Origin: an uncultured bacterium
GTDB lineage: Bacteria > UBP6 > UBA1177 > CALOFP01
Assembly: GCA_942492635.1 (NCBI GenBank)
Contig: CALOFP010000001.1
Location: 799,039 to 863,038, forward strand
Direction of reading: 5' to 3'
Length of the DNA stretch: 64,000 nucleotides
The translations under genes were made by a program, and so were the position numbers. This document shows, in pieces, positions 28,152 through 42,404 of this stretch (position 1 is the stretch's first letter; each line of letters begins with the position of its first letter). Below the pieces are notes generated by a model. That model made no database searches, was not told the origin of the DNA, and saw nothing but the letters and a program-made list of their open reading frames with translations.

Positions 28152-31040
28152 GTGGCTGGAAAACCGAACTCGAATTACAGTAAAAGGAATACAAACACAC
28201 CTCCGGCAACCCCGTTTTTTATCCCTTTTTCAGATGAGGAGCAGTTGATAAACGTTTCATTTTTCAGATCATTTATAGAGGTCGCTGTTAAAAGAACTCC
28301 CTACTTGCTTCTGCCGATAATGTCTATCATCGTCCCTGGATTGATGAAAGGACTCGACACTTCAATAAAGATGCACCAGTACGTGAGAAACGTATGGACG
28401 ATTGAAGAGGGACTACCTCAGAACAGCATCAACTCAATAATTCAGACCAGAAACGGTTACATATGGCTGGGAACACAGAATGGACTTGCTAGATTCGACG
28501 GCAGTCGATTCCATCACTACAACACCGACAACACCGAAGCCATAAGAGACAACTGGATCTGGAAAATCCTGGAGGATCGATACGGAAGACTCTGGATCGC
28601 AACGAACCGAGGAGGGCTGGTACTAAAAAACGGCAGAAGATTCCATGCTCCCTCTGAGTTTCCAGATCTCAAATCTAAAGACATCAGGGAATTGTATGAG
28701 GATCACGATGGAAACATATGGATAGGCACAACCGAGGAACTGTTCACTCTCAGAACATCTCAAGGAACAGCCCTGCCTCAATCAAAAAAAATAGATTTCC
28801 CCGCCCTGAATATACGTTCTATTTTCCAGGACAGAAAAGGTCGAATATGGGTAGGAACTAGAAAAGGTCTCTACTATCGAAATGAAAAAGGGGATTTTGT
28901 TGCAGCAGAAGCCCCCCTTCTGACCGAATCAAAGATCACCGCCCTCTCCGAGGCGGACGACGACTCCCTGCTTATCGGTACCGTAAAGCACGGACTAATC
29001 GTCATGAGAGGAGAATCCTTTTCCCGTTTCGATAAGAAAAACGGACTTCCGAACAACCACATAGCCGACATTCTTTCAGACTCGGACGGCAACATCTGGG
29101 TCTCAACCTACGGAGGAGGCGTGGCTATGTTCAAAGAGGACAAATTTTTCCCATACTGGGCAAAAGACGGAATCAGCAGCAAGATGACAACCGTTCTTCT
29201 GGAAGATAGAGAAAAAAGCCTCTGGATAGGAACAAACGGCTCAGGACTCAACAGGTTCAGAAAGGGAAAGTTCGTAACATTCAGTCGAATGGACGGTCTG
29301 AAATCGGATGTCGTATCGTCCGTCAGTGAACTTCGTGACGGTTCTATTCTTGCTGGCACATGGCGTGGTGGAGCTGCAACCATATCAGGCAACACAGTTA
29401 CTCCATTTGCTATAAGAAATTTTGAAAACCGGACAATTCTCTCATCAAAACAGACAGCTGACGGCACAATATATCTCGGAACCTTGAGATCAGGGCTTTT
29501 CAGGATAGAAAACGGAGCAGCAATAAATATTGAAGGCACGGAGAGTTTTCCCGGCCCCCATATCACATCTTTCGTAGAGGATCCCAACGGAGATCTCTGG
29601 ATCGGAGGCACTACCGGACTTATAAGGCTTGTCGGGGGAAACATCGAGGAAGTTCTGCGAGGGCCGAATGTCATCTCACTTAAGAGGGGCTCCGACGGCA
29701 CTCTCTGGGCATCAACAGACGGAAACGGGCTCTATGGAATCAGAAACGGTACGAAAATCCGAATTGATATGGCCAGGGGGCTTCCCACCAACCGCGTATG
29801 GAATGTTTCGGAGGATAACGACGGTTCTCTATGGATAGGTCTTTTCGGAGGAGGTCTTTCACTATTCAGGAAAGGTAAGATTTTCAATTTCAAAGACTCT
29901 CTTAGATTTCACGACACCGGAATATACTCCCTTCTGGATGATGGTCACGGCAACCTCTGGACCAGCAGCAACAGTGGTGTTTCAAGAATAAGGAAGGGAG
30001 ACCTTCACGCCATTGTTTCAGGCATAACAAAAAGTGCAACTCCGGTTCTCTACGACAAATCGGAGGGAATGGAAAGCACCGAATGCAACGGCGGAAGCCA
30101 GTTTTCCGCAATAAAAGATTCAAAAGGCAGGCTGATATTCACCACAATCAAAGGTGTTTCTATTCTGGATCCGGCGAAACTGGAAAAGAACCCCGTTCCT
30201 CCACTGATTGAAGCCGAAAAGATCGTCGCCGACGGAATGCCTCTCAAAATCTCAAAAACCGTGGATATAGAGGCCGGAACCAGAAGGATAGAAATCCTCT
30301 TCACCGGACTCAGTTTTACAGCACCCCACCGTAACATTTTCAGCTACAGACTTGATGGATACGAAGAGGATTGGAGCCCCCCATCGTCCGAGACAAAGGC
30401 GGCCTACACAAATCTCGATCCCGGCAGCTACACATTCCGGGTCCGAGCAGCCAACAGCGACAGGATATGGAATATGGAGGGACTTTCCATTCCGATAGTA
30501 ATCCATCCTTTCTTCTATCAGACTTTCTGGTTCAAGATTCTCATGGCGCTTCTCCTTCCGGGGTTGACAATAGTCGTCTCTGTTTTTTTCTACAAAAAAA
30601 GAGTCGGAAAACTGCAGAGGAAAAACAGGGAACTGGAGGTGAGGGCAATGGAAGCCGAGAAGAAGTATAGAAAAGTAAAAGTGGCACGGGATCTTGCCGA
30701 AAAGTACCTCGACCAGCTTCTGAAATATATGGAAGAGGAAAAACCCTACAGGGACAGCCTCCTCACAATCCAGAAAGTATCAGAAGACCTGGACATTCCC
30801 CATCAATATATGTCCCAGATAATAAACACCCACCTTCACCAGACATTCAACACCTTTATCAACAGCTACAGGCTGAAGGAGGTGCAGGAGATGCTTCGGG
30901 ACGACAAATACCGGGATGAGCAGATAATGGTACTCGCATACCAGTCAGGTTTCAATTCGAAAACAACTTTCAACACCGCATTCAAGAAGGAGACGGGGGT
31001 AACTCCAACCCAATACAGGGACAAGCACCGAACCTCCTGA
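28152..31040 (+). CDS. one-component regulator: two-component-regulator propeller repeats + Y_Y_Y domain + TM + AraC-type HTH
   Basis: Repeated WIGT/LWIGT propeller motifs are followed by a Y_Y_Y-like region (FSYRLDGYEEDWS), a TM helix (ILMALLLPGLTIVVSVFF) and a C-terminal AraC HTH. The start may be an internal Met near 28320. Confidence 0.8.
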   Translation: MAGKPNSNYSKRNTNTPPATPFFIPFSDEEQLINVSFFRSFIEVAVKRTPYLLLPIMSIIVPGLMKGLDTSIKMHQYVRNVWTIEEGLPQNSINSIIQTRNGYIWLGTQNGLARFDGSRFHHYNTDNTEAIRDNWIWKILEDRYGRLWIATNRGGLVLKNGRRFHAPSEFPDLKSKDIRELYEDHDGNIWIGTTEELFTLRTSQGTALPQSKKIDFPALNIRSIFQDRKGRIWVGTRKGLYYRNEKGDFVAAEAPLLTESKITALSEADDDSLLIGTVKHGLIVMRGESFSRFDKKNGLPNNHIADILSDSDGNIWVSTYGGGVAMFKEDKFFPYWAKDGISSKMTTVLLEDREKSLWIGTNGSGLNRFRKGKFVTFSRMDGLKSDVVSSVSELRDGSILAGTWRGGAATISGNTVTPFAIRNFENRTILSSKQTADGTIYLGTLRSGLFRIENGAAINIEGTESFPGPHITSFVEDPNGDLWIGGTTGLIRLVGGNIEEVLRGPNVISLKRGSDGTLWASTDGNGLYGIRNGTKIRIDMARGLPTNRVWNVSEDNDGSLWIGLFGGGLSLFRKGKIFNFKDSLRFHDTGIYSLLDDGHGNLWTSSNSGVSRIRKGDLHAIVSGITKSATPVLYDKSEGMESTECNGGSQFSAIKDSKGRLIFTTIKGVSILDPAKLEKNPVPPLIEAEKIVADGMPLKISKTVDIEAGTRRIEILFTGLSFTAPHRNIFSYRLDGYEEDWSPPSSETKAAYTNLDPGSYTFRVRAANSDRIWNMEGLSIPIVIHPFFYQTFWFKILMALLLPGLTIVVSVFFYKKRVGKLQRKNRELEVRAMEAEKKYRKVKVARDLAEKYLDQLLKYMEEEKPYRDSLLTIQKVSEDLDIPHQYMSQIINTHLHQTFNTFINSYRLKEVQEMLRDDKYRDEQIMVLAYQSGFNSKTTFNTAFKKETGVTPTQYRDKHRTS

Positions 31041-31203
31041 CTCCGGCAACATACCGTTTTAATTCAAAATAAAAGTTCAAGCTAAATTATACGAACGCCA
31101 CAACAAAACAAATCCGAACACATTCCTTAGGCCGAACGTGGGAGAAAAATATTTTGCTATACTTTTTCTGCTATCGCAATTTAAACATTCCAAGGGAGGT
31201 ATC

Positions 31204-35857
<4,654 letters not shown>

Positions 35858-36075
35858 ATCATCCACTGATATCTTTTTTCCACCGATACATAAAAATTTT
35901 TTTCCACAGATTGACACAGATGCACACAGATATTTTTCCCACAGAATATCAATTCCTCAAATATTCACATGAAAATCTTTTCAAGAACATTGTTAACAAT
36001 CCAAAATCAATCTCCTTATTTCATCTGTGTGCATAGGTTGAAAATTATTCTTTCTTTGATCTGTGGAGTAAAAAA

Positions 36076-36106
36076 AACCCTCCCGAAAGGGAGGGCTAAA
36101 TAGAGA
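36076..36106. terminator. bidirectional intrinsic terminator (AAAAAAAACCCTCCCGAAAGGGAGGGCTAAAT)
   Basis: A 7-bp GC-rich stem with a GAAA loop is flanked by an A-run on the plus strand, which is a T-run on the minus strand. It lies between the two converging genes. Confidence 0.75.
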
Positions 36107-36119
36107 AAATTTAAATTTT

Positions 36120-36692
36120 CTACTTCTTTGTTGCCTCATCAAGCTCGCTGAAAGCTTTATCGGCTCTCTCTACAACTGCCTGCCTTACGGCCTCATCAAG
36201 TTGCGACATGTTGCTTACGGCACTCTTGAACTTTTCGGTGTTAAGGCAGACAAGACCGGCAACGGTCTTTCCTGTCTTACTCATCCAAATCGCTCTTTCC
36301 TCAGTACCGCTCAGATTTATATCGGTAATCTGTTTGGAAACATCTACAATGTGCTGCTCATCGTTTGCAGCTTCACCGAACTTCTCTCCGCCGGTTGTTG
36401 TCGACTGATAGTCTTTAAGCATTGATTTAACCTTCACCTGAAGCATACGTGCAATAGCTGTACGGGCTCTTCCGTACGCTGCTGTGCGTGCAAGAGAAAG
36501 GTTTCTTGTTCCCTGTACTGTCCCCACTCCACAAATCTCTTTTCCGCTGGCTACGCCGCCGCCGAGAACCCATGCAGGAGCATCCGCAAACTCGTTTGGT
36601 GCCTCCTTTCCACTGTTTGATGCGGCGTTTCCGCCACAGGAAAGCATAAGGAAGGAAGCTGCCATCAAGGCAATGAAAAGCGTTTTTTTCAT
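36120..36692 (-). CDS. lipoprotein, LPP20-like
   Basis: It has a lipobox (MKKTLFIALMAASFLMLSCGG) and is about 190 aa long. The LPP20 family assignment is tentative. Confidence 0.5.
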   Translation of the reverse strand: MKKTLFIALMAASFLMLSCGGNAASNSGKEAPNEFADAPAWVLGGGVASGKEICGVGTVQGTRNLSLARTAAYGRARTAIARMLQVKVKSMLKDYQSTTTGGEKFGEAANDEQHIVDVSKQITDINLSGTEERAIWMSKTGKTVAGLVCLNTEKFKSAVSNMSQLDEAVRQAVVERADKAFSELDEATKK

Positions 36693-36821
36693 TCCGTACT
36701 CCATTGATAACAGTTTAAAAAATATAAACAGACTTAGCCCGATAGTTATATTTTATTTTTAAGATACAGTCAATTTTTTAATATCCCACAACTTTTCAAT
36801 AGACTGACGCGTCAGTCTATT

Positions 36822-36850
36822 TTTCTTGACGCAATACCTAATTTGATATA
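36822..36850 (+). promoter_or_regulatory. sigma70-like promoter (TTGACG, 17-nt spacer, TATAGT) preceded by a perfect 20-bp palindrome TAGACTGACG|CGTCAGTCTA at 36793-36812
   Basis: The match is visible in the sequence. It sits about 25 nt upstream of the small ORF at 36876, which has a GGAGG RBS. Confidence 0.5.
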
Positions 36851-36875
36851 TAGTGCTCCATGTTAGAAACCCTTT

Positions 36876-37067
36876 ATGGAGGAAAACATGAGTATTTTCG
36901 TTTCCGGAGAGAATCTTTCGATCAGCAACATTTCACAACTTTCCCTGCTTCCGGCAGAATCACAAGTGCATAAAACAGCTGAAAACAATAGAAGACAGAT
37001 TTTTTCAGATGCCCATGAAGAAAGAATAGATTTCACCGAATTATTTTCCCTTTTCGAAGAAGCATAA
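36876..37067 (+). CDS. small hypothetical protein (63 aa)
   Basis: It has a strong GGAGG RBS 5 nt upstream of the ATG and follows a good promoter. No similarity was recognised. Confidence 0.45.
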   Translation: MEENMSIFVSGENLSISNISQLSLLPAESQVHKTAENNRRQIFSDAHEERIDFTELFSLFEEA

Positions 37068-37153
37068 TCTCCCCCCCTAAAAAAACCATTATCTTCACAA
37101 AATCTACAACATATGATACTATTTCCCGTTAAATATTTTTTTGGGACAGATAA

Positions 37154-38971
37154 ATGAAAAACATTGTTGTTACAATCCTTGCTCTTTTATCCCCTATAAC
37201 GATTTTTGCCTCGTCAAAGTTAATTGAAAAATCGGGAAACACACCCGCATGGAGGGGAATGAGCTCCTCCCGCTATTTCTGCGAGGGAGGAGAGTGTTTT
37301 CTGGGGCGTTCGAAAGATGAAACGGATCCGAAAGAGGCCTTTGCAAGGGCTCTGTCCAACGCCTTTTCCGCAGTCAGCAAACATCTCAACGTTGAAATTA
37401 AATCGGTCGACAAAATTCACGAGGAGATCGCCGGAGGCGTTACATCCCAATACATATCATCAACGGCCAGACTCATCGGAGCCACAGTTATGCTCAATCA
37501 ATATAAGGAAGAGCGATATCTTGAAAAATGGGATAGAGAAGGGTCCGTAGTGTACGATGCATATATTAGAATCATTGTTCCATCGAACGAAATGAGGAAT
37601 CTCAGACTTAGAAGAGACGCGGTAACATCCTGGGGAACATTGCCGAACAACAGCTGTAATATCAGAAATGAACTCAACTTTTTTATTTCCGAAACAGGAA
37701 TCCGCAAAGGCCTTAAAATGACATCAGACCCGGTCACCGGAAAAATCGAGGATCTGAGTAAGAATCCTAAAACAGCCCTTCACTTTCTCCTCACTCCCGT
37801 CTGTTCGGAAAGAAGGGAGGACACAAAATGGAGATCAAGAGTATCCCTCACCCTGTCACTCTACGATCTCACAACAGACCAGCTGCTCAACACCTACGGG
37901 GCAAAAGCGGAGGTCGTAGCCGATTCAAAAGAAGATTCCCGATCTCTCGCAATCGATAAAGCGAAGACCAAGATAAAATCGACCCTGTTTTCATTCGCCT
38001 CCCCCATGAATTCGCCTCAGATGCCGGATCTTGAGAAAAGAAGCGTTGTTGGTAAGGAAAATGCGGAACTTCTCCAGCTTTACGACAAGGCGTACAGGGG
38101 AGATCTCGAAGGCTGGCTATTCCCTGAAAAAGCCATTGATTTGTGGAAAGGAGTAATCTCATTCCAGGGTGAAAACCCGTATAAGGAAACAGCGGAATCT
38201 AGAATTGAAAAATGGGAAATCTTTATCAAAAATTCAAGGCAAAATCACTCATCAATGGAGAACGACAAAGAAAACCTCTCAAAAATAATGCCGCTTATGG
38301 TAATCAAGCAGCATGAAAAGATAAAACTGCTGAAAGATTTCATCTACCGATACTCCTCAATATTCGGAATAAAGCATCTCTATGAAATCGTTGACAAACT
38401 TGACAAGAAAGATGATCGAATCGCCATCTACCGAGCCCTCTTTTCAAAACGGCGTCAGGCGGAATGGGAAAAGAGCTGCGAAAGAAACGACGGCGCCGCC
38501 TGCTATATTCTCGGCTCCTTTCTCCAATCCGTTCAAACCTCCCGATCGGACAGCGATCTTGAAACGAAAAGAAATGACGAACTTTTCAGGAACTACTACA
38601 GAATGGCGTGTAACGCACAAATCGGAGCTGCATGCAAGGCTCTCGGCGAGACTCACATGAAGGAAAAAAACGGCGGAATCGCCCTCGATTATCTAAAAAA
38701 ATCCTGTCTTCTGGGGCATAGAAACGATTGCTTCCGATCGGGCCACATTCTCTATTCCGGAAGATACAACCTTAAAAAAGATATAAAAAACGCCTTTTAC
38801 TTTCTTAACCTTGCCTGCAGGGCACAACACAAAGGGGGATGCTACTACATCGGCTTCATCTACGAGCACGGTGAAAAACCCTTTAAAAAATCGAGGATTA
38901 AGGCAAATCAATTCTATAAAAAGAGCTGCGATTTCGGATACGAAAAGGCCTGTTCCCTCATACGGGAATAA
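37154..38971 (+). CDS. secreted protein with C-terminal Sel1-like / cysteine-rich repeats
   Basis: It has a signal peptide (MKNIVVTILALLSPITIFASS). The C-terminal region repeats Sel1/HcpA-type units (xxACYxLGxxY..G... with paired Cys). Confidence 0.6.
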   Translation: MKNIVVTILALLSPITIFASSKLIEKSGNTPAWRGMSSSRYFCEGGECFLGRSKDETDPKEAFARALSNAFSAVSKHLNVEIKSVDKIHEEIAGGVTSQYISSTARLIGATVMLNQYKEERYLEKWDREGSVVYDAYIRIIVPSNEMRNLRLRRDAVTSWGTLPNNSCNIRNELNFFISETGIRKGLKMTSDPVTGKIEDLSKNPKTALHFLLTPVCSERREDTKWRSRVSLTLSLYDLTTDQLLNTYGAKAEVVADSKEDSRSLAIDKAKTKIKSTLFSFASPMNSPQMPDLEKRSVVGKENAELLQLYDKAYRGDLEGWLFPEKAIDLWKGVISFQGENPYKETAESRIEKWEIFIKNSRQNHSSMENDKENLSKIMPLMVIKQHEKIKLLKDFIYRYSSIFGIKHLYEIVDKLDKKDDRIAIYRALFSKRRQAEWEKSCERNDGAACYILGSFLQSVQTSRSDSDLETKRNDELFRNYYRMACNAQIGAACKALGETHMKEKNGGIALDYLKKSCLLGHRNDCFRSGHILYSGRYNLKKDIKNAFYFLNLACRAQHKGGCYYIGFIYEHGEKPFKKSRIKANQFYKKSCDFGYEKACSLIRE

Positions 38972-39056
38972 AATCCCCCTCCCGGGTGTTGATTTTCATG
39001 ATATTGGTCTTATATTAATTAAGGTAAACAGTTTTTTAACTAACTGGAGATAATTA

Positions 39057-39770
39057 ATGAATTATTACAACAATTTCAATCAGCAGGAACCTCAGGTTGC
39101 AGTATCCGGCGACATCAATGCACTCATTAGACCCACAATGCTCAAAGTTTACAACTGGATGGCAATGGGACTTATGGTTTCCGCAATCGTATCCCTTCTC
39201 GTGCTCAAAACTCCCGCGCTTTTCATGTTTGCAGCAAAATCCTACCTGTTTTTTCTCTTTGCTGAATTCGCAATGGTGATCGGCTTCGGAGCAATGATGA
39301 AAAGGGCAAAATCCTCCACACTCATCGGAATGTTTTTCGCCTTCGCCGCAATGAACGGATTGACGCTCGGCGTTATCCTCGCGCTCTACACGGCAAGTTC
39401 CGTTGCATCTGTTTTCTTTGTAACCGCCGGAATGTTCGGGGCTTTGAGTGCCTACGGCTACATAACCAAAAGGGATCTCTCCATGGTCGGGAAGATAGCC
39501 TTCATGGCGCTGGTGGGAATAATAATCGCATCGATAATCAACATCTTCGTTGCATCGGGATCCCTTAACTGGGCAATAACAATCTTCGGAATCGGAATAT
39601 TCGCAGCGCTTACCGCCTACGACACACAGAAAATCAAGGCCCTTGCGTTCACCGCATTTAACGACGAAGAGATGATGAAAAAAGTAGCGGTCGCAGGAGC
39701 ACTCACACTCTACCTCGACTTCATCAACCTCTTCATCTTCCTTCTCAGGCTCTTCGGAAAGAGAGACTGA
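39057..39770 (+). CDS. Bax inhibitor-1/YccA family membrane protein
   Basis: It has seven TM segments, the BI-1 family pattern (YxWMAxGL...) and a charged C-terminus (FGKRD). Confidence 0.85.
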   Translation: MNYYNNFNQQEPQVAVSGDINALIRPTMLKVYNWMAMGLMVSAIVSLLVLKTPALFMFAAKSYLFFLFAEFAMVIGFGAMMKRAKSSTLIGMFFAFAAMNGLTLGVILALYTASSVASVFFVTAGMFGALSAYGYITKRDLSMVGKIAFMALVGIIIASIINIFVASGSLNWAITIFGIGIFAALTAYDTQKIKALAFTAFNDEEMMKKVAVAGALTLYLDFINLFIFLLRLFGKRD

Positions 39771-39901
39771 CAACAAAACTGGGGTCAAGGCACAAAATTC
39801 CTATAATCTTGCTCCATGACAATCAAAATAAATTTATTAAAAATTGGTTTTCCTAAGAAACAAAGTATTGATATATTCTGCGAATCCCTTTTGTTTATCT
39901 A

Positions 39902-40096
39902 TTAATCCAAGATCTCTTTCACTCTGCCCACTTCGCCGCTTTCAAGGCGGACTTTTATTCCGTGAGGGTGGTTTGGAGACTTTGTGAGAATATTTTTCAC
40001 GATCCCTTCAGTCAGTTTTCCAGTACGCTGATCTTGTTTCAGAACAATCTTTACTCTAATTCCAGGTTTGATATTCGATCTATTTCTTCCATCCAT
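39902..40096 (-). CDS. YwbE-like small protein (DUF2196)
   Basis: It is 64 aa with a KxG-rich pattern resembling the YwbE family. Confidence 0.5.
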   Translation of the reverse strand: MDGRNRSNIKPGIRVKIVLKQDQRTGKLTEGIVKNILTKSPNHPHGIKVRLESGEVGRVKEILD

Positions 40097-40111
40097 TTCT
40101 TTTCTCCTTTT

Positions 40112-40558
40112 TCACAGCTTCAAATACATTTCAATGTGGGGGATTCCATCCTCAAGATACTCTTCGGAACACACAGTGAACCCGAAACTCTCATAGAACT
40201 TTTCCAAATACTTCTGAGCACTTATTCTCACATCACTCTTCTGCAGATCATTTCTGATGCAATCGATAGCCTCCTCCAGAAGTCTCCTTGCCAGTCCCTT
40301 TCCCCGAAACTCCCTGTCTACCGCAACTCTGCCGATGGAAGCTTCCTCGTAGGAAAAGCCCGCATCGACCACCCTTTCACAGGCGATTACCCTACCCTCT
40401 TCAAGAAAAAATATGTGCGTGGAATTAAGATCATTTCCATCGATGTCATTGTAAACACATTCCTGCTCCACAACAAAAACTTCCGCTCGGAGTTTATAAA
40501 TGTCATGCAATTCCAGGCAAGTTAATTCGGAAAAGCTTTTTATCCTTACCTCCATCAC
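40112..40558 (-). CDS. GNAT family N-acetyltransferase
   Basis: It has an acetyl-CoA binding motif (RVAVDREFRGKGLARRLL) and is 148 aa long. Confidence 0.8.
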   Translation of the reverse strand: MMEVRIKSFSELTCLELHDIYKLRAEVFVVEQECVYNDIDGNDLNSTHIFFLEEGRVIACERVVDAGFSYEEASIGRVAVDREFRGKGLARRLLEEAIDCIRNDLQKSDVRISAQKYLEKFYESFGFTVCSEEYLEDGIPHIEMYLKL

Positions 40559-41042
40559 TCATCTCCCTTCAGTGTTTGCATTACACTTTAATATCATTAG
40601 GAATACGATCCCTTCACTGCATCAAGTCTGCGACCCTGCCACCCATGGAAGATACTAAAAATTTTTAATGAAGAACAGTTTTTACTTATGATTTCGTTAA
40701 AGTTTTTCGCATATCTCGAAAAAGCGGGAGAAACGGATGAAAAAGAGGAATTTGGCCATGAATCCCAGTGATTTCAGGAGAATAATTGTGAAAGACAGGT
40801 ATTGACAAGGTGTCAAAGGGAAAAATATAGGGGGTCGATGGTCTACTCATCGTAGGAGGTTGACGTTTAAGGGAATAACTGTCCCAAGTGCTTCTTATTG
40901 CATAATACTAGATAAAAAGTTCGTATCAAGCCACACTTATCACATTAAAACTTCAAAAATATCTTAAAATTATTTTTCAAATAATTTACTTTATCTTTTT
41001 GCTGTGTATATTTCTTTTCAAGAAATAATAAAATTTAACAAA

Positions 41043-41606
41043 ATGGTCAAACATAAAATCAAAGAACTCATGCAAAAAGCCAAAAATGGAGATATCCAGG
41101 CTTTTGAAGAGATAATAACGATACATCTCACTGACCTCAGAAATTTTGCTCTCTCGATGACCGGCGGTGATAGAGTTCTTTCTGATGATATTCTTCAAGA
41201 GGCGCTAATCAAAATTTTCATGAATCTTGATAAGTTCAGAGGAGAGGCGTCCTTCACCTCATGGCTTTGGCGCATCGTAAGAAATGAGTTTTTAAACTAC
41301 AAACGCAGCAAAAAGTTCAAACAGTTTGATCCCATTGATGAAGCAAAAATAGAGAGTAGAGAAGCAAAAAACATTGATGAGAATATGGTTGAGAAAGAAA
41401 AACACAGCTTGCTGTTAAAACTTGTGGAGATGCTTCCAGAACACCTTTGTGAAGCTATTACACTTATAGATCTACAGGAGTTAACCTACGATGCGGCCGC
41501 TGAAATTGTGGGAATAAGCTTGGGTGCAATGAAATCTCGAGTATATACAGCCCGGCGAAAACTTACGGAGCTTGCTCTTGAGCATGAAAATTTTTTTAGA
41601 AATTAA
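41043..41606 (+). CDS. RNA polymerase ECF-type sigma-70 factor
   Basis: Region 2 (DIxQEALIKIF...FxxWLxRIVRNE) and region 4 (LTYDAAAEIVGISLGAMKSRVYTARRKL) are both present. The start is taken at the internal Met, since the track start 41004 adds a non-conserved N-terminus. Confidence 0.8.
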   Translation: MVKHKIKELMQKAKNGDIQAFEEIITIHLTDLRNFALSMTGGDRVLSDDILQEALIKIFMNLDKFRGEASFTSWLWRIVRNEFLNYKRSKKFKQFDPIDEAKIESREAKNIDENMVEKEKHSLLLKLVEMLPEHLCEAITLIDLQELTYDAAAEIVGISLGAMKSRVYTARRKLTELALEHENFFRN

Positions 41607-41663
41607 AAACTTTTATGAACAATCAACCGTCTTATAGATGAATGAAATTGTTTTGGTGGTGAA

Positions 41664-42404
41664 ATGGATCGATGTGAAGATATCAAAAGTAAAATAGATA
41701 TTGCATTTGGAGAGCAGCACAATTTTCCCGATGAGATCCAAAATCATCTAAATGAGTGCCCGGAGTGCAGTGCCTATTTTGAAAAATCCAAGCAGTTATC
41801 CGTTTTATTCAAAACCGGCAAAAAGCTAAATGCTGATTATTCAGACCACACAGAGTTTAAAAACTCCTTAAAACCAAAACTTGAGAAAGCTTTAAATAAC
41901 AGAGAACGTAAACTTACCGTACACTCAAATCCATACAACAAAATCAAACATGTTTTTGCCGTAGCTGCGGCAGTTTTACTACTACTTGGAACAGTAATAT
42001 TTTTTGAAAACAGTAGTAAAATCGATTTTCCGAATAATGGAACCTTAATCTCAAAAACTGAAGCAAACAAAGGAGAACCGGTTAAAATCACCCTGGAATA
42101 TGAAGCATCTGAAGCCATGAAAAATGTCAATATCGAGTTTAATCTTGATAAAGGCATCAGTTTTGACAGCAGTTCTGAAAAGATTCGTTCGCTGAAAAAC
42201 TTTATCTGGAAAGGGGATCTGAAAAAAGGTAAAAATGAGATTCCTTTTGTTGTTACGGTTGATAAAAAAGGTGTTTGGAATATCGATACAAATGCCATTT
42301 TCAGCCGCTATTCCCACCGTCACAAGATTATCATAGATGCCCGGTATGAGAAGATAGTAATTGCACAGTACGAGTTGCCAAGAGAACCTGCCGATACCAT
42401 ATGA
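41664..42404 (+). CDS. anti-sigma factor (zinc-finger, single TM)
   Basis: An N-terminal HxxxCxxC zinc motif (HLNECPECSAYF) is followed by a TM helix (VFAVAAAVLLLLGTVIFF). It lies immediately downstream of the ECF sigma gene. Confidence 0.6.
   Translation: MDRCEDIKSKIDIAFGEQHNFPDEIQNHLNECPECSAYFEKSKQLSVLFKTGKKLNADYSDHTEFKNSLKPKLEKALNNRERKLTVHSNPYNKIKHVFAVAAAVLLLLGTVIFFENSSKIDFPNNGTLISKTEANKGEPVKITLEYEASEAMKNVNIEFNLDKGISFDSSSEKIRSLKNFIWKGDLKKGKNEIPFVVTVDKKGVWNIDTNAIFSRYSHRHKIIIDARYEKIVIAQYELPREPADTI

Noticed and set aside
39054-39788. Cys/His-rich 244-aa ORF on the minus strand
   Set aside because: It overlaps the well-supported BI-1/YccA membrane protein gene on the opposite strand across its full length. 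No start context is present, so it is a shadow ORF.
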